Shown: positions 36,475-48,709 of the stretch, piece by piece | How positions within the stretch are numbered: the first letter of the stretch is position 1 | Layout: the number at the start of each line of letters is the position of its first letter | DNA from: Escherichia coli | GTDB lineage: Bacteria; Pseudomonadota; Gammaproteobacteria; Enterobacterales; Enterobacteriaceae | Assembly: GCF_036507355.1 (NCBI RefSeq) | Contig: NZ_AP027877.1 | Length of the DNA: 64,000 nt | Direction: 5' to 3' (one strand) | Program-made: the position numbers and the translations under genes | Notes under the pieces: model-generated | What the model saw: the letters and a program-made list of their open reading frames with translations, nothing else | What the model was told of the DNA's origin: nothing | Database searches by the model: none

Positions 36475-39297
36475 ATGGATAAGATCGAAGTTCGGGGCGC
36501 CCGCACCCATAATCTCAAAAACATCAACCTCGTTATCCCCCGCGACAAGCTCATTGTCGTGACCGGGCTTTCGGGTTCTGGCAAATCCTCGCTCGCTTTC
36601 GACACCTTATATGCCGAAGGGCAGCGCCGTTACGTTGAATCCCTTTCCGCCTACGCGCGGCAGTTTCTGTCACTGATGGAAAAGCCGGACGTCGATCATA
36701 TTGAGGGGCTTTCTCCTGCCATCTCAATTGAGCAGAAATCGACGTCTCATAACCCGCGTTCTACGGTGGGGACAATCACCGAAATCCACGACTATTTGCG
36801 TTTGTTGTTCGCCCGCGTTGGCGAGCCGCGCTGTCCGGACCACGACGTCCCGCTGGCGGCGCAAACCGTCAGCCAGATGGTGGATAACGTGCTGTCGCAG
36901 CCGGAAGGCAAGCGTCTGATGCTGCTCGCGCCAATCATTAAAGAGCGCAAAGGCGAACACACCAAAACGCTGGAGAACCTGGCAAGCCAGGGTTACATCC
37001 GTGCTCGTATTGATGGCGAAGTCTGCGATCTTTCCGATCCGCCGAAACTGGAACTGCAAAAGAAACATACCATTGAAGTGGTGGTTGATCGCTTCAAGGT
37101 GCGTGACGATCTTACCCAACGTCTGGCCGAGTCGTTTGAAACCGCGCTGGAGCTTTCCGGTGGTACCGCGGTAGTGGCGGATATGGACGACCCGAAAGCG
37201 GAAGAGCTGCTGTTCTCCGCCAACTTCGCCTGCCCAATTTGCGGTTACAGTATGCGCGAGCTGGAGCCGCGACTGTTTTCGTTTAACAACCCGGCGGGGG
37301 CCTGCCCGACCTGCGACGGCCTTGGCGTACAGCAATATTTCGATCCTGACCGCGTGATCCAGAATCCGGAACTGTCGCTGGCAGGTGGTGCGATCCGTGG
37401 CTGGGATCGCCGCAACTTCTATTATTTCCAGATGCTGAAATCACTGGCAGATCACTATAAGTTCGACGTCGAAGCGCCGTGGGGCAGCCTGAGCGCGAGC
37501 GTGCATAAAGTGGTGTTGTACGGTTCTGGCAAAGAAAACATTGAATTCAAATACATGAACGATCGTGGCGATACCTCCATTCGTCGTCATCCGTTTGAAG
37601 GCGTGCTGCACAATATGGAGCGCCGTTATAAAGAGACGGAGTCCAGCGCGGTACGCGAAGAATTAGCCAAGTTCATCAGCAATCGCCCGTGCGCCAGCTG
37701 CGAAGGGACGCGTCTGCGTCGGGAAGCGCGCCACGTGTATGTCGAGAATACGCCGCTGCCCGCCATCTCCGACATGAGCATTGGTCATGCGATGGAATTC
37801 TTCAACAATCTCAAACTCGCAGGTCAGCGGGCGAAGATTGCGGAAAAAATTCTTAAAGAGATCGGCGATCGTTTGAAATTCCTCGTTAACGTCGGCCTGA
37901 ATTACCTGACGCTTTCCCGCTCGGCAGAAACGCTTTCCGGCGGTGAAGCCCAGCGTATCCGTCTGGCGAGCCAGATTGGTGCGGGCCTGGTTGGCGTTAT
38001 GTACGTGCTGGACGAGCCGTCTATCGGCCTGCACCAGCGCGATAACGAGCGCCTGTTGGGTACGCTTATCCATCTGCGCGATCTCGGTAATACCGTGATT
38101 GTGGTGGAGCACGACGAAGACGCGATTCGCGCCGCTGACCATGTGATCGACATTGGCCCGGGCGCAGGTGTACACGGCGGTGAAGTGGTCGCGGAAGGTC
38201 CACTGGAAGCGATTATGGCGGTGCCGGAGTCGTTAACCGGACAGTACATGAGCGGTAAACGCAAGATTGAAGTGCCGAAGAAACGCGTTCCGGCGAATCC
38301 GGAAAAAGTGCTGAAGCTGACAGGCGCACGCGGTAATAACCTGAAAGACGTGACGCTGACGCTGCCAGTCGGTCTGTTTACCTGCATCACAGGGGTTTCA
38401 GGTTCCGGTAAATCGACGCTGATTAACGACACACTGTTCCCGATTGCCCAACGCCAGTTGAATGGGGCGACCATCGCCGAACCAGCACCGTATCGCGATA
38501 TTCAGGGGCTGGAGCATTTCGATAAAGTGATCGATATCGACCAAAGCCCAATTGGTCGTACTCCGCGTTCTAACCCGGCGACCTATACCGGCGTGTTTAC
38601 ACCTGTGCGCGAACTGTTTGCGGGCGTACCGGAATCCCGTGCGCGTGGTTATACGCCAGGACGTTTCAGCTTTAACGTCCGTGGCGGACGCTGCGAGGCC
38701 TGTCAGGGCGATGGCGTGATCAAAGTGGAGATGCACTTCCTGCCGGATATCTACGTGCCGTGCGACCAGTGCAAAGGTAAACGCTATAACCGTGAAACGC
38801 TGGAGATTAAGTACAAAGGCAAAACCATCCACGAAGTGCTGGATATGACCATCGAAGAGGCGCGTGAGTTCTTTGATGCGGTGCCAGCTCTGGCGCGTAA
38901 GCTGCAAACGTTGATGGACGTTGGTCTGACGTACATTCGCCTGGGGCAGTCCGCAACCACACTTTCTGGTGGTGAAGCCCAGCGCGTGAAGCTGGCGCGT
39001 GAGCTGTCAAAACGCGGCACCGGGCAGACGCTGTATATTCTCGACGAGCCGACCACCGGTCTGCACTTCGCCGATATTCAGCAACTGCTCGACGTACTGC
39101 ATAAACTGCGCGATCAGGGCAACACCATTGTGGTGATTGAGCACAATCTCGACGTGATCAAAACCGCTGACTGGATTGTCGACCTGGGACCAGAAGGCGG
39201 CAGTGGCGGCGGCGAAATCCTCGTCTCCGGTACGCCAGAAACCGTCGCGGAGTGCGAAGCTTCGCATACGGCACGCTTCCTCAAGCCGATGCTGTAA
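36475..39297 (+). CDS. uvrA: excinuclease ABC subunit A
   Basis: 940 aa; two ABC ATPase modules ([20 protein letters not shown]) and zinc-finger Cys clusters. Confidence 0.95.
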   Translation: MDKIEVRGARTHNLKNINLVIPRDKLIVVTGLSGSGKSSLAFDTLYAEGQRRYVESLSAYARQFLSLMEKPDVDHIEGLSPAISIEQKSTSHNPRSTVGTITEIHDYLRLLFARVGEPRCPDHDVPLAAQTVSQMVDNVLSQPEGKRLMLLAPIIKERKGEHTKTLENLASQGYIRARIDGEVCDLSDPPKLELQKKHTIEVVVDRFKVRDDLTQRLAESFETALELSGGTAVVADMDDPKAEELLFSANFACPICGYSMRELEPRLFSFNNPAGACPTCDGLGVQQYFDPDRVIQNPELSLAGGAIRGWDRRNFYYFQMLKSLADHYKFDVEAPWGSLSASVHKVVLYGSGKENIEFKYMNDRGDTSIRRHPFEGVLHNMERRYKETESSAVREELAKFISNRPCASCEGTRLRREARHVYVENTPLPAISDMSIGHAMEFFNNLKLAGQRAKIAEKILKEIGDRLKFLVNVGLNYLTLSRSAETLSGGEAQRIRLASQIGAGLVGVMYVLDEPSIGLHQRDNERLLGTLIHLRDLGNTVIVVEHDEDAIRAADHVIDIGPGAGVHGGEVVAEGPLEAIMAVPESLTGQYMSGKRKIEVPKKRVPANPEKVLKLTGARGNNLKDVTLTLPVGLFTCITGVSGSGKSTLINDTLFPIAQRQLNGATIAEPAPYRDIQGLEHFDKVIDIDQSPIGRTPRSNPATYTGVFTPVRELFAGVPESRARGYTPGRFSFNVRGGRCEACQGDGVIKVEMHFLPDIYVPCDQCKGKRYNRETLEIKYKGKTIHEVLDMTIEEAREFFDAVPALARKLQTLMDVGLTYIRLGQSATTLSGGEAQRVKLARELSKRGTGQTLYILDEPTTGLHFADIQQLLDVLHKLRDQGNTIVVIEHNLDVIKTADWIVDLGPEGGSGGGEILVSGTPETVAECEASHTARFLKPML

Positions 39298-39302
39298 TCG
39301 TT

Positions 39303-39333
39303 AAGGCCGCTTTCCGAGCGGCCTTTTCCTTTC
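39303..39333. terminator. bidirectional terminator between uvrA and yjbR
   Basis: AAGGCCGCTTTCCGAGCGGCCTT hairpin followed by T-rich tract. Confidence 0.5.
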
Positions 39334-39688
39334 AGAGTTGCACCAGCAATTTACGTTTTTCTTCCGGCAGTAAATTCACCGCCTGCTGATAAGACGCATC
39401 CACCAGATAATAGATTTGCGAATCCGGCAGCGAACCGTCGAGATACACGGTGCTCCAGTGCGCTTTATTCAGATGGCGGCTTGGACGCACATCGCTGTGC
39501 TGCTGACGTAGCAGCTCCGCCAGCTCCGGGCTGGTTTTCAGCGAAACAGCTGGGCGATTTTCTACTTCTTTCACCATCGCAAACAGTACATCTTCCACTT
39601 TGATCTGCGTCGCTTTCCAGTCGTTATGCACGCTCTGTTCTGCGCCTGGTTTTGCCATGCAATATTGTAGCAACTCCGAAATGGTCAT
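39332..39688 (-). CDS. yjbR: conserved protein YjbR
   Basis: 118 aa ORF in conserved position. Confidence 0.7.
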   Translation of the reverse strand: MTISELLQYCMAKPGAEQSVHNDWKATQIKVEDVLFAMVKEVENRPAVSLKTSPELAELLRQQHSDVRPSRHLNKAHWSTVYLDGSLPDSQIYYLVDASYQQAVNLLPEEKRKLLVQL

Positions 39689-39691
39689 TTT

Positions 39692-40108
39692 TTACTCCCC
39701 TTGTAGTGTCGCGATGATGCGACGCGATCCGCCGTGGATGCGATGTTCCCCCAGCCAAATGCCTTGCCAGGTGCCGGTCTGAATACGCCCTTTATGCACC
39801 GGCAATACAAGCGATGTTCCCAGCATTGAGGATTTGATATGAGAAGGCATATCGTCTGCTCCCTCATAGTCATGCTCATAGTTTCCATTATCGGGAACGG
39901 TGCGGAGGAAAAAACGCTCCATGTCGTGGCGTACGGTGGGATCGCAGTTCTCATTAAGTGTCAGAGAGGCGGAGGTATGTTGCAGCAACAGATGCAGTAA
40001 GCCGATGTTAACGCGCGGCATATCAGCCAGCTGATTCAGAATTTCATCCGTTACCAGATGAAACCCACGAGATTTGGCGCTAAGCGTGAGCGTCTTTTGA
40101 TACCACAT
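39692..40108 (-). CDS. yjbQ: UPF0047-family protein YjbQ
   Basis: 138 aa ORF in conserved position. Confidence 0.7.
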
Positions 40109-40218
40109 GTGCTGCTCCTTGATAAAACTCTCTTAATCAGTTTGCAGCAAGACAGCGAAAGGATAAAGGTGTGATTAAAAAAACAGCATTCGGGAGAGTG
40201 TCACGCTCTCCCGCTCTG

Positions 40219-41211
<993 letters not shown>

Positions 41212-41310
41212 TTAATGAACTTAATGATACAGCATTACAAAAACAATCGAAGTTTAAAAAATAAAATTTTTATAAAGATGATCTCTGATTGACCAGAACC
41301 CTACCATACA

Positions 41311-41853
41311 ATGGTGACTAATTTTATTACTCTCGAAGGAGATGATGATATGAATATATCATATGTGAATAGCAACAAAACGACATCTTTACCTGTTGAG
41401 CTAGATGCACTAAATAATAAAGATATCTCTTATGCCAAAGATTTTTCTTATGCCAAAGATTTCTTTTTATATATAGAAATACAGTTAAAAATTGCAAAAG
41501 ATTTTTGTAGACCTGGAGAAGAAGTATCAAGTTCTATTGCAAGTACAGTTTTTCACGCTTTTATTGATTTAGTTAACAAAATCAGGGGAAAGAAAGATTG
41601 TATGTATATTTGTACGCTTTGCTGTTTTGCCGAGGAGGTTAAAGGTGATTATTCTCATTACAGGACCTTTTCATTTGATATCGGTAATCAATATAAGGTT
41701 AAACTTACACAAAGCGGAAAAGATGAGTTCTCTTTAACTTTAGAATTTAACGATACTATAATTGAATCTCAGAAAGTCACAGGCAATAAGGCAAAGCATA
41801 TTCTTAAGGATATAGCAGAATACTATCGTAACAAACCCGGCACTTATTATTAA
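41311..41853 (+). CDS. hypothetical protein in AT-rich islet at the yjbS locus
   Basis: 180 aa ORF, visibly AT-rich, no recognisable domain; contains perfect 18-bp tandem duplication. Confidence 0.45.
   Translation: MVTNFITLEGDDDMNISYVNSNKTTSLPVELDALNNKDISYAKDFSYAKDFFLYIEIQLKIAKDFCRPGEEVSSSIASTVFHAFIDLVNKIRGKKDCMYICTLCCFAEEVKGDYSHYRTFSFDIGNQYKVKLTQSGKDEFSLTLEFNDTIIESQKVTGNKAKHILKDIAEYYRNKPGTYY
41428..41463 (+). repeat. 18-bp tandem duplication inside the yjbS-locus ORF
   Basis: TCTTATGCCAAAGATTTT followed by TCTTATGCCAAAGATTTC, encoding SYAKDF twice. Confidence 0.8.
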
Positions 41854-42074
41854 GTTTAATAATGATTAGAAATGCAGAAATTATTACCCCACACAAAAAA
41901 ACAGGGTAAGGAATTCCAGATAATTAGGATAATCTTAACAATAAAAGAACTAACAACGTTTATTATCTCTCACGTAGAACGATGGTATCAAAAAAATCAT
42001 CTATAAAGAAAGTGTGAAAGCGACGACAGTTTAATTTCACTGCAGGCTGGGTAATTCCAGCCTGCTTTACTGCA

Positions 42075-43268
42075 TTACATCACCGCAGCAAACGCCTTTG
42101 CCACACGTTGCACATTTGCCGTATTTAACCCGGCGACACACATGCGACCGCTGGCGATGAGATAGACACCAAATTCTTCACGTAGTCGGTCAACCTGAGC
42201 GGCACTTAAACCGGTATAACTGAACATGCCGCGCTGATTAAGCAGATAATCGAAATTGCGTTCTGGCATCTCTGTGCTCAATACCTTCACCAGTTCCTGA
42301 CGCATTGCCAGAATGCGAGTACGCATCTCTTCTACTTCCGCCAGCCAGCTGGCTTTCAATGCCTCGTCATTCAGCACCGCAGCCACCACCTGCGCACCAA
42401 AATTCGGCGGGCTGGAGTAGTTGCGGCGAACTGTTGCTTTCAATTGCCCCAGTACGCGGCCTGCAGCTTCGGCATCTTCACACAGAACAGAAAGTCCGCC
42501 AACGCGCTCGCCGTAAAGGGAGAAAATTTTCGAGAACGAATTGCTCACCAGAGCGGGTAATCCAGCGCTGGCAATGGCGCGAATGGCGTAGGCATCCTCT
42601 TCCATACCGGCACCAAATCCTTGATAGGCAATATCAAGGAATGGGATAAGCTCGCGGGCTTTGAGAATTTCAATCACCGCATCCCACTGGTCATTAGTGA
42701 GATCGGCACCCGTTGGGTTGTGGCAACATGGATGCAGCAACACAATACTGCGGGCAGGTAATGTTTTCAGCATCGCCAACAGGTCATTAAAGCGCACGCC
42801 GTTAGTCGCTTCGTCATACCAGGGGTAAGTACTTACTTCGAATCCAGCCCCGGCGAAGATTGCTACGTGGTTTTCCCAGGTAGGATCGCTGACCCAGACG
42901 CCTGATTCCGGGAAGTAGCATTTCAGGAAATCCGCGCCCACTTTCAATGCCCCTGAGCCGCCAAGGGTTTGAATGGTTGCTACGCGCTGTTGTTGCAGTA
43001 CCGGATGGTCGGCACCAAACAGCAGCGGCGCAATGGCATGGCGATAGCTGTTAAGCCCTTCCATCGGTAAATAAAGCGAAGCGCCATGAGGCTGCGCATT
43101 CAGGCGCGCTTCTGCATCAGCCACGGCTTTCAATTGTGGAATAATTCCGTCTTCGTTGTAGTACAGACCGATACTTAAATTCACTTTGTCGCTGCGAGGG
43201 TCTTCTTTAAAACGCTCCATAAGCGTAAGAATCGGGTCGCCAGCGTAGGCGTCAACTTTTTGAAACAC
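42075..43268 (-). CDS. tyrB: aromatic amino acid aminotransferase TyrB
   Basis: 397 aa from (V)[13 protein letters not shown] (GTG start); PLP lysine context [14 protein letters not shown]. Confidence 0.9.
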   Translation of the reverse strand: MFQKVDAYAGDPILTLMERFKEDPRSDKVNLSIGLYYNEDGIIPQLKAVADAEARLNAQPHGASLYLPMEGLNSYRHAIAPLLFGADHPVLQQQRVATIQTLGGSGALKVGADFLKCYFPESGVWVSDPTWENHVAIFAGAGFEVSTYPWYDEATNGVRFNDLLAMLKTLPARSIVLLHPCCHNPTGADLTNDQWDAVIEILKARELIPFLDIAYQGFGAGMEEDAYAIRAIASAGLPALVSNSFSKIFSLYGERVGGLSVLCEDAEAAGRVLGQLKATVRRNYSSPPNFGAQVVAAVLNDEALKASWLAEVEEMRTRILAMRQELVKVLSTEMPERNFDYLLNQRGMFSYTGLSAAQVDRLREEFGVYLIASGRMCVAGLNTANVQRVAKAFAAVM

Positions 43269-43349
43269 GCGATGGTTCTCCAGGTTTACGGGCAGGTGGT
43301 TAAAACACAATAAACCGGAAGAAGGCGAAGATCGAGTGGATGTTCAAAG

Positions 43350-44378
43350 TCAGTCGGGAAGTTGATGAAGAATTTGCCCCAGTCGCTCTTGCAGCGACCC
43401 CGAAACCGAAAGATAAGGAATGTTCCTGCGCGATAATTCCTGTTCGTACCACGCCTGCTGCCGCGCGCGAAACGCCTCTCCTTGCCGGGTGCCATCCTGC
43501 ACAAAGGGAAATTCCGCGCCGCAAAGCACCACCAGAGAGTATTCCCGCTCCGCCAGCTGGTGAAGTTCTTGCGGGGCATGACCATATTGATCAAGGGTAT
43601 AGAACAAGGTCGTGAGTGGCGATGTGTCACATATAAGATAGCGATTAGCTTCTGCTTGTTGTTCCCGACGTACCTGTTCGCGGGCGATATGCAACAAATC
43701 GTCTGCGGTTAAAACACCATTTTTCTCTTCCCAATAGTCGCGACCAAATTCAGCGACATACGCCGTATCGAGCACGTCCGCCAGTGCTTTTGAAAGTGTG
43801 CTCTTACCGGTTGATTCGCCACCAAGCAGACAGATACGGCGAACGAAACTGCGATAAACGTCGTGCGCCAGCATGTAGCGATAACGGTGAACGTCGGAAC
43901 GAATCAGCGTTCCCGAAGGTGATTTATCGCCAAGTGGACGCTGTAATCGAACGTGTTCAACAGGTTGGGCAAAACGCAGTGCCAACACTTTAGCAAAACC
44001 GTCACCATAATCTTCTGCGGTAAATACAGCGTGTGGGCGGCAACGTAATACCTGCAGGCACAGCGTCGCCACATAATGACGATGGATGTCGGCATCGGCA
44101 TCATTATGCGGTATGGCAGGTAAGTTATAACGCGCGATCAGTTCGGGAGTCAGTACCAGAACCATCGCTCGTGGGAAGCGCACTTGCAGCCACGTCAGGC
44201 GCTTTTCAGGTTCACAGTCAGGCATTTCCGGCACGGAATAACTGATGATGAACAGTTCTTCACATTGTGCCAGCGCGGTATTAATCAACCGTTCATGACC
44301 ACAATGCAAAGGCGCGAATTTGCCAACCACCAGTCCCGTTACGAAAGGCTTCATGATGCCCGCAGCTCCTTGCGCCAC
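43350..44378 (-). CDS. NadR-like bifunctional NMN adenylyltransferase / ribosylnicotinamide kinase lacking the N-terminal HTH domain
   Basis: 342 aa ORF with nucleotidyltransferase motif GKFAPLHCGHERLI and Walker A GGESTGKSTL in the same order as NadR; alternative start at 44354 overlaps upstream stop as ATGA. Confidence 0.7.
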   Translation of the reverse strand: MAQGAAGIMKPFVTGLVVGKFAPLHCGHERLINTALAQCEELFIISYSVPEMPDCEPEKRLTWLQVRFPRAMVLVLTPELIARYNLPAIPHNDADADIHRHYVATLCLQVLRCRPHAVFTAEDYGDGFAKVLALRFAQPVEHVRLQRPLGDKSPSGTLIRSDVHRYRYMLAHDVYRSFVRRICLLGGESTGKSTLSKALADVLDTAYVAEFGRDYWEEKNGVLTADDLLHIAREQVRREQQAEANRYLICDTSPLTTLFYTLDQYGHAPQELHQLAEREYSLVVLCGAEFPFVQDGTRQGEAFRARQQAWYEQELSRRNIPYLSVSGSLQERLGQILHQLPD

Positions 44379-44908
44379 TGATACAAACCATGCCAGGCGT
44401 TAATCCAGAACAGGAAATATAAACCGGCGGTCAGGTTTAAACCGCGAGTCATATACAGTGGAACCGCCAGGGTATTCACCGCTAACCAGACGTACCAGTT
44501 TTCGATCCTTCTTCCCATCAACATGAATTGCGCCAGAACGCTGAAGGTCAAAATCAACGAATCCAGCCAGGGGGCCCAGGCATTGGTAAAGGTGTGGAGC
44601 AAAAAGCCGTAGCCGCCTGCCACGACAACGGCACAGAGTAACAAGAGGAAAAAGTGACTGGCTTGCGTCCGACGCACTGGCAAGACATCGCCACCCTGAC
44701 CTTTCAGCCAGTGGATCCAACCGGTGATGCTGGTCGCGATGAAGAATAACTGGAGCGTGACATCGGCATAGAGTTGCACGGACCAAAAAACCCAGCCATA
44801 AAGCATGCTACCAATTATGCCGATCCACCACGTATGCACATTGTTTCTGGCAGCCAGCCAGACGGAAACCGCGTATGCCAGACACGCGGCGATTTCTGAA
44901 TAAGACAT
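44351..44908 (-). CDS. PnuC-family nicotinamide riboside transporter homologue (short form)
   Basis: 185 aa multi-TM ORF with PnuC-like motifs (WIHW, ENWYVWL, WINAWHGLYQW). Confidence 0.7.
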   Translation of the reverse strand: MSYSEIAACLAYAVSVWLAARNNVHTWWIGIIGSMLYGWVFWSVQLYADVTLQLFFIATSITGWIHWLKGQGGDVLPVRRTQASHFFLLLLCAVVVAGGYGFLLHTFTNAWAPWLDSLILTFSVLAQFMLMGRRIENWYVWLAVNTLAVPLYMTRGLNLTAGLYFLFWINAWHGLYQWRKELRAS

Positions 44909-44930
44909 TGTCCCTCCCTGGAGACGGATA

Positions 44931-46010
44931 TTAATCCACGTATTTCATCGCGACCCTTGAAGTCAGGCGCGTAATAAGTTCGTAAGCGCTTACTTTCGTC
45001 ATTTCAGCGATACGTTCTACGGGCAAACCTTCACCCCACAAAATGACCGGGTCCCCGGCTTTATCCTGTGCCTGTGGACCTAAGTCTACGCAGATCATAT
45101 CCATCGCGACTCGCCCGACAATCGGCACTTCGCGACCGTTCACCAGCACTGGCGTACCAGACGGCGCAGCGCGCGGATAACCATCGCCATAGCCCATCGC
45201 GACTACGCCAAGACGGGTATCACGTTCGCTTACCCAGGTTCCACCATAACCAACAGGTTCTCCGGCTTTATGCTCACGCACGGCAATCAGGCTGGAGGTT
45301 AGTGACATCACTGGCTGACAGCCAAAATCGGCACCGGTGGAGCGATCTTCCAGCGGCGAGACGCCATAAAGAATGATGCCCGGGCGCACCCAGTCAAAAT
45401 GCGACTGTGGCCACAGCAGAATGCCACCCGATGCGGCAATGGAACGTTGACCAGGTTTGCCTTCGCAAAAGGTATTAAAGATAGCGAGTTGTTTCTCGGT
45501 TGCGCCGCATTTTGGTTCATCCGCGCGCGCAAAATGGCTGACGATATTCACCGGCTGACGAACGTTTTTGCACTGGGTCAGGCGATGATAAAACGCCTCA
45601 GCCTGTTCCGGCCTTACGCCCAGACGGTGCATACCGGTATCGAGTTTCATCCAGACGGTAACCGGCTCTTCCAGATGCGCCTCTTCCAGCGCAGCCAGCT
45701 GTTCTTCGTTATGTACGGCGGTATGAAAATGTTGCGCAGAAATCGTCGGCAGATCTCTGGCATCAAAAAAGCCTTCGAGTAACAGTACAGGTTTGGTGAT
45801 TCCCCCCGCACGCAGTCGCAGAGCTTCTTCGAGACGGGCTACGCCAAAGGCGTCAGCATCGGGGAGCGTTCGCGCGGTCTCAAGAAGACCGTGACCATAA
45901 GCGTTCGCTTTCACCACCGCAACCATTTTACTGGCAGGAGCCAGTTCACGAAGACGTTGCAGGTTGTGTCGCAGAGCGCGGCGGTTAATCACAACAGTTG
46001 CCGCTTGCAT
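44931..46010 (-). CDS. alr: alanine racemase, biosynthetic
   Basis: 359 aa ORF with PLP-binding [11 protein letters not shown]. Confidence 0.9.
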   Translation of the reverse strand: MQAATVVINRRALRHNLQRLRELAPASKMVAVVKANAYGHGLLETARTLPDADAFGVARLEEALRLRAGGITKPVLLLEGFFDARDLPTISAQHFHTAVHNEEQLAALEEAHLEEPVTVWMKLDTGMHRLGVRPEQAEAFYHRLTQCKNVRQPVNIVSHFARADEPKCGATEKQLAIFNTFCEGKPGQRSIAASGGILLWPQSHFDWVRPGIILYGVSPLEDRSTGADFGCQPVMSLTSSLIAVREHKAGEPVGYGGTWVSERDTRLGVVAMGYGDGYPRAAPSGTPVLVNGREVPIVGRVAMDMICVDLGPQAQDKAGDPVILWGEGLPVERIAEMTKVSAYELITRLTSRVAMKYVD

Positions 46011-46062
46011 TTGTGTTCCTTGATAAGTGTTTGCTTTAATTACCTAATTCATAAAATAATTA

Positions 46063-47478
46063 TTATTCGTCGTCGTACTGCGGCCCCGCATAGTTGTCGA
46101 AGCGCGACCATTGACCGTTAAAGGTCAGGCGTACCGTCCCGATTGGGCCGTTACGTTGTTTACCGATAATAATTTCCGCGATGCCTTTTAAATCACTGTT
46201 TTCGTGATACACCTCATCACGATAGATAAACATGATCAAGTCCGCATCCTGCTCGATGGAGCCGGATTCACGCAAGTCGGAGTTGACCGGGCGTTTGTCG
46301 GCACGTTGTTCCAGAGAACGGTTCAACTGGGACAGCGCCACCACCGGCACGTTCAGTTCTTTCGCCAGTGCTTTCAGCGAGCGGGAGATTTCTGCAATTT
46401 CCAGCGTACGGTTATCGGAAAGTGCCGGTACGCGCATCAGTTGCAGGTAGTCGATCATGATAAGCCCGATGCCGCCGTGTTCACGGGCAATACGGCGTGC
46501 GCGGGAACGCACTTCCGTTGGCGTCAAGCCGGAGGAGTCATCGATATAGATATTGCGTTTTTCGAGCAAAATACCCATGGTGCCGGAAATGCGTGCCCAG
46601 TCTTCATCATCGAGTTGCCCGGTACGGATTTTAGTCTGGTCAACGCGCGACAGCGACGCCAGAGAACGCATCATGATCTGTTCTGATGGCATCTCCAGCG
46701 AGAAGATAAGTACCGGTTTATCCTGCAACATCGCCGCGTTTTCGACGAGGTTCATCGCAAATGTTGTTTTACCCATCGACGGACGCGCGGCGACGATGAT
46801 CAAATCCGACGGCTGCAAGCCAGCGGTTTTTTTGTTGAGATCGTCATAACCGGTGTTTACCCCGGTAACGCCATCGTGTGGCTGCTGAAACAACTGCTCA
46901 ATACGCGCCACGGTTGCGTCGAGCACATCGGCGATGTTCTTCGGCCCTTCGTCTTTGTTTGCACGACTTTCGGCAATTTTAAAGACGCGGGATTCAGCCA
47001 GGTCCAGCAGATCTTCGCTGGTGCGCCCCTGTGGATCAAAACCGGCTTCGGCAATCTCATTCGCAACCGAGATCATCTCGCGAACAACGGCACGTTCACG
47101 CACGATGTCCGCATAAGCACTGATGTTCGCCGCACTTGGCGTATTTTTTGACAGTTCTGCCAGATAAGCAAATCCACCGACGCTATCGAGTTGCCCCTGG
47201 CGTTCCAGCGATTCCGCAAGAGTAATCAGATCGATAGGACTACCGCTTTCCTGCAAACGCGCCATTTCAGTAAAGATATGACGGTGTGGGCGGGTGTAAA
47301 AATCGTCTGCTACCACACGCTCGGCTACATCATCCCAGCGTTCGTTATCCAGCATTAAACCGCCCAACACCGACTGCTCCGCTTCGATCGAGTGCGGAGG
47401 CACTTTCAGCCCGGCAACTTGTGGATCGCGTTCGCGGGGTTCAGCCTGCTGTTTGTTGAAGGGTTTATTTCCTGCCAT
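46063..47478 (-). CDS. dnaB: replicative DNA helicase DnaB
   Basis: 471 aa ORF with Walker A (ARPSMGKTTFA). Confidence 0.95.
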   Translation of the reverse strand: MAGNKPFNKQQAEPRERDPQVAGLKVPPHSIEAEQSVLGGLMLDNERWDDVAERVVADDFYTRPHRHIFTEMARLQESGSPIDLITLAESLERQGQLDSVGGFAYLAELSKNTPSAANISAYADIVRERAVVREMISVANEIAEAGFDPQGRTSEDLLDLAESRVFKIAESRANKDEGPKNIADVLDATVARIEQLFQQPHDGVTGVNTGYDDLNKKTAGLQPSDLIIVAARPSMGKTTFAMNLVENAAMLQDKPVLIFSLEMPSEQIMMRSLASLSRVDQTKIRTGQLDDEDWARISGTMGILLEKRNIYIDDSSGLTPTEVRSRARRIAREHGGIGLIMIDYLQLMRVPALSDNRTLEIAEISRSLKALAKELNVPVVALSQLNRSLEQRADKRPVNSDLRESGSIEQDADLIMFIYRDEVYHENSDLKGIAEIIIGKQRNGPIGTVRLTFNGQWSRFDNYAGPQYDDE

Positions 47479-47560
47479 AGTGAATGGAGTTACCGAGATA
47501 AAGAATGGGTCGAAACTTTACCATATGAAGCAGACCCTGACGATACGTTCTGGAGGACAC

Positions 47561-48544
47561 ATGGCAACACGAATTGAATTTCACAAGCACGGTGGCCCGG
47601 AAGTACTTCAAGCCGTAGAGTTCACTCCTGCCGATCCGGCGGAGAATGAAATCCAGGTCGAAAATAAAGCCATCGGCATCAATTTTATCGACACATATAT
47701 CCGCAGCGGCCTTTACCCGCCGCCATCGCTACCCAGCGGATTAGGTACCGAAGCGGCAGGCATCGTGAGTAAAGTCGGCAGTGGTGTAAAGCATATTAAG
47801 GATGGCGATCGTGTAGTCTATGCGCAGTCGGCGTTAGGCGCTTACAGCTCTGTGCATAACATTAATGCGGATAAAGCGGCGATTCTGCCTGCGGCAATTT
47901 CTTTTGAGCAAGCTGCGGCATCCTTCCTGAAAGGCTTAACGGTTTATTATCTGCTGCGCAAAACCTATGAAATTAAACCCGATGAGCAGTTCCTGTTCCA
48001 CGCAGCAGCTGGCGGCGTTGGCTTGATTGCCTGCCAGTGGGCAAAAGCCCTGGGCGCGAAACTTATCGGCACCGTAGGAACTGCGCAAAAAGCGCAGAGC
48101 GCGCTAAAAGCGGGCGCGTGGCAGGTTATTAACTATCGTGAAGAGAATCTGGTCGAGCGGTTAAAAGAGATCACCGGTGGTAAAAAAGTGCGCGTGGTGT
48201 ACGATTCCGTGGGCAGAGACACCTGGGAACGGTCGCTGGATTGCCTGCAACGCCGCGGCTTAATGGTGAGTTTTGGCAACTCATCAGGTGCGGTTACCGG
48301 TGTGAACTTAGGCATTCTCAATCAGAAAGGCTCGTTGTATGTGACACGCCCTTCCCTGCAAGGCTATATCACCACGCGGGAGGAATTAACCGAGGCCAGT
48401 AATGAACTGTTCTCTTTGATTGCCAGCGGTGTGATTAAGGTCGATGTCGCCGAGCAGCAGAAATATCCGCTGAAGGATGCGCAGCGTGCGCATGCGATTC
48501 TGGAAAGCCGGGCGACGCAAGGTTCCAGCCTGTTGATTCCATAA
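47561..48544 (+). CDS. qorA: NADPH:quinone oxidoreductase
   Basis: 327 aa from MATRIEFHKHGGPEV; MDR family GxGxxG (AAAGGVG). Confidence 0.85.
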   Translation: MATRIEFHKHGGPEVLQAVEFTPADPAENEIQVENKAIGINFIDTYIRSGLYPPPSLPSGLGTEAAGIVSKVGSGVKHIKDGDRVVYAQSALGAYSSVHNINADKAAILPAAISFEQAAASFLKGLTVYYLLRKTYEIKPDEQFLFHAAAGGVGLIACQWAKALGAKLIGTVGTAQKAQSALKAGAWQVINYREENLVERLKEITGGKKVRVVYDSVGRDTWERSLDCLQRRGLMVSFGNSSGAVTGVNLGILNQKGSLYVTRPSLQGYITTREELTEASNELFSLIASGVIKVDVAEQQKYPLKDAQRAHAILESRATQGSSLLIP

Positions 48545-48551
48545 AAGAAAT

Positions 48552-48584
48552 AGGGCTTCCACCTGGGAAGCCCTTTCTTTTTAT
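48552..48584 (+). terminator. rho-independent terminator of qorA
   Basis: AGGGCTTCC-ACCTG-GGAAGCCCT hairpin followed by TTCTTTTT. Confidence 0.5.
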
Positions 48585-48709
48585 AGTTCGGCTGTATGTA
48601 GGGTACAGCACGATGAATCTGTTAGAGGCGCAATAGTGACAGGTTTGATTATCAATTCCTATTTTGTTCTAAGGATAAAACCTTAGGTTGTGATCATCCG
48701 CACAATCCC

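Noticed and set aside
36724-38907. Several 170-200 aa minus-strand ORFs inside uvrA
   Set aside because: All antisense to uvrA, whose identity is unambiguous; shadow ORFs
43269-43349. Possible TyrR box upstream of tyrB
   Set aside because: No convincing TGTAAA-N6-TTTACA match found by eye in the shortened tyrB upstream region; would need a PWM scan
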